From contig OY760907.1 in assembly GCA_963664195.1 (NCBI GenBank), positions 1,760,001 through 1,824,000 on the forward strand: a DNA stretch of 64,000 nt, written 5' to 3'. Shown here piece by piece: positions 57,836 through 64,000 of the stretch. The notes beneath the pieces are model-generated. The model saw only the letters and a program-made list of their open reading frames with translations, did not search any database and was not told where the DNA came from. Source of the stretch: an uncultured candidate division Zixibacteria bacterium. GTDB lineage: Bacteria > Zixibacteria > MSB-5A5 > GN15 > FEB-12. Every line of letters begins with the position of its first letter. Position 1 is the first letter of the stretch. The translations under genes and the position numbers were made by a program.

Positions 57836-59056
57836 CTAGGACTTCTTCTTCACTATACGCACAGACTGTCTTTCGGATTGCATCATGTACTCCTGAAGCT
57901 GCGACACCTGTTCCGGCGACAGACGTCCCTTCTTGTATATTTCCTTCATAAAGATCGGCGAGTTAAGCGTGAAGCACTCCTCGAATCCCCATTCACGAAT
58001 CATAAACGAGAGATTGCCAAAACTGGCTTCATCGGCGGTCTTCGTGATGAGCTTCTCGTCCGGCGACACCCTGGCGGTGACGTCGAACTCCGTCCCGGCG
58101 AGTTTTACGATATCCAGATCCTGCGCGGTGCGGATAATGTCTGCCTTCGCTGCTTCGTGACGGGCTTTGACGTCCTTCAGCTCTGCGTCGAGCGCAACGT
58201 ACCTGTCGGCCAATTCGCGCGCAGTTTCATACGTCGCCTTTTCGTATTTGTCATCGCCGGTTTCAGCTTCGAGAATCAGCCGGTGCCTTTTGGCCGGGCA
58301 GAGATGTTCGTACTCGCAGAAGCTGCAGAGGCCCGTTTCTTTTGTCGGAAAGTCATCAAGCCGTTCGGCGTTGATGGAAGCGACGACGTCGACCCGGAGT
58401 TGTTCGGCTAATTCGTCAAGTTCGTCCTCGCGGAACTGGTATGTGATGACTTCGCCGTGCTTCAGGAAATACTGGGCGACGACAATGCTGTCGAAATTCG
58501 GGAAATTCGCCTGCACGGCCAGTTGGTAGATGCCCATCTGGTGCCGGAAATCGGGATCGGTGATGCCGTGTGTGGGGAATCTGCCGGTCTTGTAGTCGGC
58601 GATCTCTATGATGCCGTCGGGCAGTCTCATCAGCCGATCTACTTTCGCCACGAACTTGAACGGGGTGCCGGGGAGTGCAAAACGGATATCCATCTCCGCG
58701 CCAAGCAGTCGGCCCTGATCAAACGGCTGGTATTTCTCGTAATGCTCGGTGAGCATTTTGCGACCATCGGCTATGTAGTCGTCGACAGTCTTATGTTCCG
58801 AGGTAACTTCGATTTGCTGAACCTCCGGTTTTTGCCACTCGGCATCGTAGGCGGCCAGGAGATCATCCAGAGGCAAAACGAACCCGTCAGTGGCCTTCTC
58901 ATACAACGGCTGAAGTACCTGGTGTACGGTTGTCCCCAGATAGAGGTGAGCGGCTCTGCTCCTGGGGACGGGAGTCTTATCGATGTACTTGAACTTGAAC
59001 TTGCGTGGGCACTGATTAAACGTGCCGAGCGAACTATGGCTGTATTTTGTAAGCAT
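57836..59056 (-). CDS. PD-(D/E)XK nuclease, RecB/AddB/Cas4-like with probable Fe-S cysteines
   Basis: YSHSSLGTFNQCPRKF, LGTTVH, KVDRL, IADYKTG, QMGIY, CSFCEYEHLCP. Confidence 0.88.
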   Translation of the reverse strand: MLTKYSHSSLGTFNQCPRKFKFKYIDKTPVPRSRAAHLYLGTTVHQVLQPLYEKATDGFVLPLDDLLAAYDAEWQKPEVQQIEVTSEHKTVDDYIADGRKMLTEHYEKYQPFDQGRLLGAEMDIRFALPGTPFKFVAKVDRLMRLPDGIIEIADYKTGRFPTHGITDPDFRHQMGIYQLAVQANFPNFDSIVVAQYFLKHGEVITYQFREDELDELAEQLRVDVVASINAERLDDFPTKETGLCSFCEYEHLCPAKRHRLILEAETGDDKYEKATYETARELADRYVALDAELKDVKARHEAAKADIIRTAQDLDIVKLAGTEFDVTARVSPDEKLITKTADEASFGNLSFMIREWGFEECFTLNSPIFMKEIYKKGRLSPEQVSQLQEYMMQSERQSVRIVKKKS

Positions 59057-59319
59057 GGAGTGAATATACAACGTTCAGGCGCGTGTGCGCAATCACATTG
59101 TTGGGGGGAGGTGTATTCGCTGGATCCATGCACTTCCCCATTATATCGGGTGCCACCCTCAAACGATCTGAAATGCTCTCGTGTGGGAAACGCTGTGCGG
59201 AGTTTGAGGGTGTCTGGATCCCACCCGACGCTTCACTGCGTGTCGCTCTGGGCGGGGTACCGAAGGCGGTAGTCCGCGAGGCTGGGGCAGACGAGGGCGT
59301 CTGCCGCCCACAAGTGGAA

Positions 59320-60456
59320 CTACGTCTCGCGGGAGAGTCTGGTGTAGACGTTGACCCAGTCCTGACGCAGGCGCGGCCAGGTGTAAGCACGGGCCTCGTC
59401 ACGACCGGCGCGCGAAAGACGCTCGGTTAATTCCGGCGTTTCGATCAATTCGAATATCCGATTGGTCAGTCCGACCGCATCACCCACCGGCACTACCAGC
59501 GCATTGACCCGGTCACGCACCATGTGCAGGAGACCGTCGGCGTCGGTTGCCACCACCGGAAGACCGGCGGCGAAAGCCAGGGCTATCGACGAGGGAGACT
59601 CATCAATCGAGGATGAGTTCAGGAACAGGTCCGCATCGGCGTAGAGGGCATTAAGCTGTGAATCGCCGACTGTTCCTACGAATTCCACGCCGCGTGTATT
59701 GGTGGCGCTCACCGTTTCCTGCAGGGCATATCCACGCGGCCCTTCGCCGGCAATGACCATTTCCGCCCTCGGGTATTTCTCTTTCACCATCCGAAAGGCT
59801 TTTAACGCGCAGGAGACATTGCTCTCGATGTTCAGCGGGCAATTGAGGAGGATGCGGGGTTGGAGTCTGGTGATCGTGCGATGCGTGATGTCCTTGAAAG
59901 CAACCGGCGCTGTGACACGGACAGCTTCGAGCTGCGCCCGTTCGATCACCTTCTGCAAGTATCGTGAGCCGACAACAATACGATCGGCGGTTCTGAGAAT
60001 CGGGTGGAACCAGACGGCCTGTTTTTCGAAGAACTGCTCCGACCGGGCGGAATAGAGGTGCAGGACGACCTTTTTCCCGTAGAATTTCGCCAGGACTAAA
60101 GCCGGCAGAGCGATTCGTGCGATCGCGTTCGGAGTACCTCCGGCGACGTGTACTATATCGCAGTTCGGCACCATCTTGACCACTCGTTTCAGGAAGTCGA
60201 ACTTGGCCACGAACCGTCCGATGATCTTCCCCGGCAGACCCTTGGAGGAGAACCGATCCGAGACCGTCGGCAACGGGCACTCCTCTATCGGCCAGTCCTC
60301 GCCGGCCAGCGACTCCACCAGGCTCCAGCGTACGGCTGTCTGCTCTTCGGCTTCGTCTCGTCGGCAGCGAATGAACAGCACTCGAGGCATCGAGCTTTCG
60401 GCCGATTTCGCGAGATCTTCCGATGAGAGTGCGGATGTTCTTCCGGGTCCGTCCAT
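59320..60456 (-). CDS. GT4-family glycosyltransferase
   Basis: IAGEGP, YADADLFLNSS, AFAAGLPVVATD, VNALVVPVGD. Confidence 0.85.
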   Translation of the reverse strand: MDGPGRTSALSSEDLAKSAESSMPRVLFIRCRRDEAEEQTAVRWSLVESLAGEDWPIEECPLPTVSDRFSSKGLPGKIIGRFVAKFDFLKRVVKMVPNCDIVHVAGGTPNAIARIALPALVLAKFYGKKVVLHLYSARSEQFFEKQAVWFHPILRTADRIVVGSRYLQKVIERAQLEAVRVTAPVAFKDITHRTITRLQPRILLNCPLNIESNVSCALKAFRMVKEKYPRAEMVIAGEGPRGYALQETVSATNTRGVEFVGTVGDSQLNALYADADLFLNSSSIDESPSSIALAFAAGLPVVATDADGLLHMVRDRVNALVVPVGDAVGLTNRIFELIETPELTERLSRAGRDEARAYTWPRLRQDWVNVYTRLSRET

Positions 60457-60568
60457 TTCTGTCCTTCTTACCTGTCAACCCTGTGTCGTTGCCTTATACC
60501 GATGATCGACTTTTTCGGTCTAAAAACAAACAAGAATCTGGGGGGACGTGCTGTCCGACGGCATGAAA

Positions 60569-60604
60569 TGAAAACGACCCGCCGTTGCTGACGAGCCGTT
60601 TTCA
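60569..60604 (-). terminator. Strong hairpin ending a candidate sRNA or leader
   Basis: Minus-strand TGAAAACGGCTCGTC-agcaac-GGCGGGTCGTTTTCA followed by TTT. Confidence 0.6.
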
Positions 60605-60805
60605 CACTAATGATGCATCCCACCAAGCCGAATCCCTTTGACTCGGTAAGCCCCCTGCGCGCAGCTCCCTGTCCGTTCGAAAGCTTCTGTTGTCCGCCCC
60701 CCTGATTCAGAGCCCCCTTTTTAGCCCCTAACATAAATCAGCAGGAAGATGCCGCCTGTTGTCCAGCCCTGATGTGGGCATCGTTCCTGACCTGCCCATA
60801 GCAGT

Positions 60806-60822
60806 AGTAAGAACCGTGCCAA
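60806..60822 (-). promoter_or_regulatory. Sigma-54-like promoter (imperfect -12)
   Basis: TTGGCACGGTTCTTACT: perfect -24 element, AC instead of GC at -12. Confidence 0.4.
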
Positions 60823-61029
60823 ACTGTTAGAAACAAGTTAAGGCTTGACAATCAGTCCCAAGGCGCCATTTGGCAACGACTTGCATGGAATGATCCGAGC
60901 GTGGGCGAGAAGATGGATTCGGCGACCAGCGTAAACGTTTCAGGAGAGGACAGGGGGTGTTTCATGCCGACCCCGGAATGAAACGATTGAAACTATTGCC
61001 GACGCGCGCGGGCGTGGACGTTTGTGGGG

Positions 61030-62010
61030 CTAGAGGCCGACTCCAACCTGTAATTGCACTGAATACTGCTTGCTGCGAATGTCATGGCGAAGTCCCGGGA
61101 TCATCAATCCGGTAGTTGGGACGGAGGCGCTGGGATCGTCGCCGTACCAGCTCATCGTCTTGAGAAGGTCCGCTTTGAGAGAAGAGAACTCGCCGGTCAG
61201 TTTCATGAATACCTTGCGGTTGGCATTGTTCGCCGGAGGCTCGTACACTATCGAGGCTCGACCAAAAAGCCCCCAGCCACGGCCGTCGGCCTCAGTTGTG
61301 AGAGACCGCAGCAGGTGTTCGTCCTTGTCGTTGACATACAGGAATGGCGTACCGGCTGCTTTCATTTCCAGCGACAAAAACGGCGAGAAGATGACTCGCG
61401 GTGCCAGACCAACCTGCGGGCGAATGTACCGTATGTCGTACTCCAGCCCGAGCCCCTCGTAGCCGACGAGTATTGCTTCGGCCTCCGCGTCGTCGATAGG
61501 GAATTGCTGGGCGCCTTTGAAATTCAACGCGTCCTGGGATATCTTTTGGTATCCGAATCCGGCCAGAACGGCCAGTTCAAGATGTTCATTGGCGGCGATT
61601 GTTTTGGTCGCTTCAACGTAAAGGTCAACCATTTTGGCATCGACGTCGGATTCCGTGTAGCTGAAATCCTGTTCCAGATAGCCCAGCAGGGTTACCCAGT
61701 CACGGTCGGTGAACGGGTCGCCCGGGTTTGAGATGCTGATTCTTGCTGTGGCCGAGAGAGTCCAGTCGAGCTGACGATCCACGAACGACTCGTATCGTGC
61801 CTCGACCCCTGCATACATGAAATCGAGCGGAAAAATCAACTCACTACCGATTGCCGTATCGGGAGCGGCTTGTTGCGTGAAGAAGTACGACGTTTCTCCG
61901 TAGTGCATTCCCACACCGGGCGCAATCGACACGCGGCCAGTGCGCTGGGCGTAAGCAGAGGAGGCAAGGACGAGGATGAGGGCGAAGAATACGAGGATTC
62001 GGAGTTTCAT
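61030..62010 (-). CDS. Omptin-family-like outer-membrane protease
   Basis: Signal peptide; SELIFPLD, DRDW, DKDEHLLR motifs; amphipathic beta strands. Confidence 0.7.
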   Translation of the reverse strand: MKLRILVFFALILVLASSAYAQRTGRVSIAPGVGMHYGETSYFFTQQAAPDTAIGSELIFPLDFMYAGVEARYESFVDRQLDWTLSATARISISNPGDPFTDRDWVTLLGYLEQDFSYTESDVDAKMVDLYVEATKTIAANEHLELAVLAGFGYQKISQDALNFKGAQQFPIDDAEAEAILVGYEGLGLEYDIRYIRPQVGLAPRVIFSPFLSLEMKAAGTPFLYVNDKDEHLLRSLTTEADGRGWGLFGRASIVYEPPANNANRKVFMKLTGEFSSLKADLLKTMSWYGDDPSASVPTTGLMIPGLRHDIRSKQYSVQLQVGVGL

Positions 62011-62056
62011 GATTTCTTCCTGAGTGGCGATTCTTCTATTGTAGCAATTTTCCTGT

Positions 62057-62131
62057 GTAGGTCAGGCCAGCGCCACGAGTGGCTGTCTTCAGGCCTGACA
62101 TTCAGGTGTCGAAACCGCAGTTTCGACCTAC
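62057..62131. repeat. REP doublet bounded by GTAG...CTAC
   Basis: GTAGGTCAGGCC...GGCCTGAC followed by GTCGAAAC-cgca-GTTTCGACCTAC. Confidence 0.65.
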
Positions 62132-62145
62132 AAAGTTGCAAAGCA

Positions 62146-62172
62146 CAAAACGGACGAGGATAGCCTCGTCCG
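62146..62172 (-). terminator. Intrinsic terminator of DUF4412-like gene
   Basis: CGGACGAGG stem with 4-nt loop, followed by TTTTG on the minus strand. Confidence 0.7.
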
Positions 62173-62205
62173 TCATGTTCGTCAATGCGATAGGACTACT
62201 TCGGC

Positions 62206-62964
62206 CTACATGCCACCGGGCATCATGCCTTCGGTTTTTGTGTAGCCTGTAGGCAGGTCGTACGTTCCGGCCGGAGCATCCTTCTCGCCAGCTTCGAGAA
62301 CCTTGGTCGTGGTTTTCATGGTCTGTCCCATGACTGCCATTTCTAGCGTACTTTCAACCGGTATGCCCTCGATCTTCTTCATCTCTTCAAGGACGCCCTC
62401 GAATCCAGGCATCTGCCCCATAGCAGCATTCATTGAGGCCTGGAACAGAACCGGATCAACGTCGATATCCTCGGTGGCCCAGATTTCCTGAGTGCCCTTC
62501 ATCATCATCATAGACATTTCCACGTCGTACTTCTTGGAATCCCAGTCTCCGATTTCCTTGGTCTCATCCGTAGGCGTAACCGTGACTTTCATCGATCCCA
62601 TCACACTCTCGGCCATAGCCTTGACCTGTTCGCCAGCTTCCGAATCGTCTGCTTCGGCGGCATCAACTAACATGCCCATGAGGTCAACCGGCATCTCAAC
62701 GTAGCTTTTCTCTTCATTGTTGATCATGTACATCACGCCTTTGTCAGCTCTGACGAGAAACGTCATCTTCGGCGTCTGGTAGCATGATTTGTCTTCGGTC
62801 AGCCACATGATGGTCGTGTCGTTTGTTTCGGGCTGCTTTTGGCCCATCATCTCAAACGCATCCGAGTGCGTGGCCTGCTTGAGGTACATGTCGGCCTGTA
62901 CTTGCACGGCGAATACGGTCAGCATGAGACCGCACAGCAATACGACTATTCTTTTTGTTCTCAT
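62206..62964 (-). CDS. DUF4412-like secreted protein
   Basis: GGAG RBS; signal peptide; TDETKEIGDWDSKKYDV, EIWATEDI, YDLPTGY. Confidence 0.72.
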   Translation of the reverse strand: MRTKRIVVLLCGLMLTVFAVQVQADMYLKQATHSDAFEMMGQKQPETNDTTIMWLTEDKSCYQTPKMTFLVRADKGVMYMINNEEKSYVEMPVDLMGMLVDAAEADDSEAGEQVKAMAESVMGSMKVTVTPTDETKEIGDWDSKKYDVEMSMMMMKGTQEIWATEDIDVDPVLFQASMNAAMGQMPGFEGVLEEMKKIEGIPVESTLEMAVMGQTMKTTTKVLEAGEKDAPAGTYDLPTGYTKTEGMMPGGM

Positions 62965-63087
62965 GTAGATACTCCTGTCCTGTTTAGCTTTCGATAGTTC
63001 CCATTGTTTCAATTATACTGGAATAGCGAATATAGGGCGGAGTTATTCAACAAAAAAACGATAAATGTGGAGCGACCGGCGTTTCGC

Positions 63088-64000
63088 CTACTCCTGCAAG
63101 TGTGTTTCTCCGGCCCGGACAATCGCCAGACGCGTCAAAAACGGCCCGATTCCCTCATATACTATGACCGAAGACAGGACCACCGTGCCGATGATCGTCC
63201 CCAACTCCGGGTGCGACTCGGAAACCGTGATCACCATACCAATCGCTACCCCGGCCTGGGGGAGAAGGGTCATGCCGAGATTATTAGTCACCTGTGGACT
63301 GATATTGTATTGCTTGCAGGTGAAGTGAGCCCCGATCCATTTGCCCACCGGTCTTGCGATCAAGTAGGCCGCTCCGAGTGCCCCGAGGCTCGATAGCTCC
63401 GACAGATGCAGCGAGGCCCCCGACAGAACAAAAAACGCGATATAAAACGGCATCTCTGTTTGTCTGAGTTCGGCATACACGAGACGGTGCATCATCGAAA
63501 GGTTGTTTGTGACCGCGCCGATAATCAGGCAAACCATCAGGTGTGAGATACTCATCTGGCGAGCGATACCGATTCCTACGAGCAACCCGCCGATGATGAC
63601 CAGCAGCAACTCGGAGAGATCGTCGATCTTCTGCTCCCAGTACGTAATGATCGCCGCGATGACGCCGCCGATCAGGACCGACGCGATCAGTTCCTTGCCG
63701 AGAGCGAGGGCGGCATCAAGCCAGGGCTCTCCCTGAGACATGGAGTAGAGCGAGAAAAACACGCGGAACACGATCAGGCAGAGGATATTGTTCATCGCCA
63801 CCACAGCCAGCAGCGTGTCAGTCAACGGTCCCCGACTTCGGTACTCACGGATCACCAGCAGCGTCACGCCCGGCGCGGTAGCGATACTGATCGAGCCGAG
63901 GAGGATGGCAAGTCCCCAGTCGGACGAAATCAGGAACGTGATCGCAAAGACAAGAAAGAAGGCGCCGAAACTCTCCGCGAGCGCTACAAAGATCACTTTG
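63088..64000 (-). CDS. Cation:proton antiporter (CPA family), 5' end outside window
   Basis: Multi-TM; IATAPGVT, GPLTDTLLAVVA, FFVLSGASL, LLPQAGVAIG, YEGIGP. Confidence 0.9.
   Translation of the reverse strand, partial: KVIFVALAESFGAFFLVFAITFLISSDWGLAILLGSISIATAPGVTLLVIREYRSRGPLTDTLLAVVAMNNILCLIVFRVFFSLYSMSQGEPWLDAALALGKELIASVLIGGVIAAIITYWEQKIDDLSELLLVIIGGLLVGIGIARQMSISHLMVCLIIGAVTNNLSMMHRLVYAELRQTEMPFYIAFFVLSGASLHLSELSSLGALGAAYLIARPVGKWIGAHFTCKQYNISPQVTNNLGMTLLPQAGVAIGMVITVSESHPELGTIIGTVVLSSVIVYEGIGPFLTRLAIVRAGETHLQE

Noticed and set aside
57540..59320. CRISPR-Cas locus suggested by a Cas4-like gene and nearby repeats
   Set aside because: No regularly spaced identical repeats and no cas1/cas2; the repeats are dispersed hairpins.
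60468..60734. 88-aa minus-strand ORF
   Set aside because: No RBS, low-complexity product, and it crosses a strong terminator-like hairpin.
60870..60887. Plus-strand TGGCAACGACTTGCAT as a sigma-54 promoter
   Set aside because: GG-to-GC spacing is 9 rather than 10 and no plus-strand gene follows.

Overview
A moderately GC-rich bacterial chromosome segment. Secreted proteins with 'QNYPNPFNP' C-terminal sorting domains, dockerin-like and cohesin-like modules and a PEP-CTERM protein suggest the FCB group, possibly Zixibacteria (inference). 1-40 kb is mostly ordinary envelope, signalling and respiratory content: M6 protease, BlaI/BlaR1-like pair, YtoQ/LOG/YgiQ, a MarR-RND-TolC pump, a porin + octaheme HAO-like + NapC/NirT-like cytochrome cluster, HDOD/hybrid kinase/HD-GYP proteins and a CsgG-OmpA fusion. 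The standout is a ~12.2 kb minus-strand phage head/packaging module (40015-52255). It encodes a portal, large terminase, a prohead protease fused to a degenerate ligase-like domain, scaffold-like, decoration and HK97-type capsid proteins, a beta-propeller, an adaptor and two signal-peptide proteins. I see no integrase, replication, lysis-enzyme or long-tail genes. The module is split by a host-type PEP-CTERM gene with a sigma-54-like promoter, and its capsid gene has an in-frame TAA 21 codons before the apparent natural end. It may be a domesticated GTA-like or tailless particle system, or a decaying prophage remnant. The right end holds a HEPN-motif gene cleanly split by an IS256 element (8-bp target duplication), REP-like repeats, a solo PD-(D/E)XK nuclease, a candidate sigma-54 sRNA, an omptin-like gene and an antiporter. 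No tRNA, rRNA or CRISPR array was recognised. All family calls come from motif recognition by eye, not database searches.
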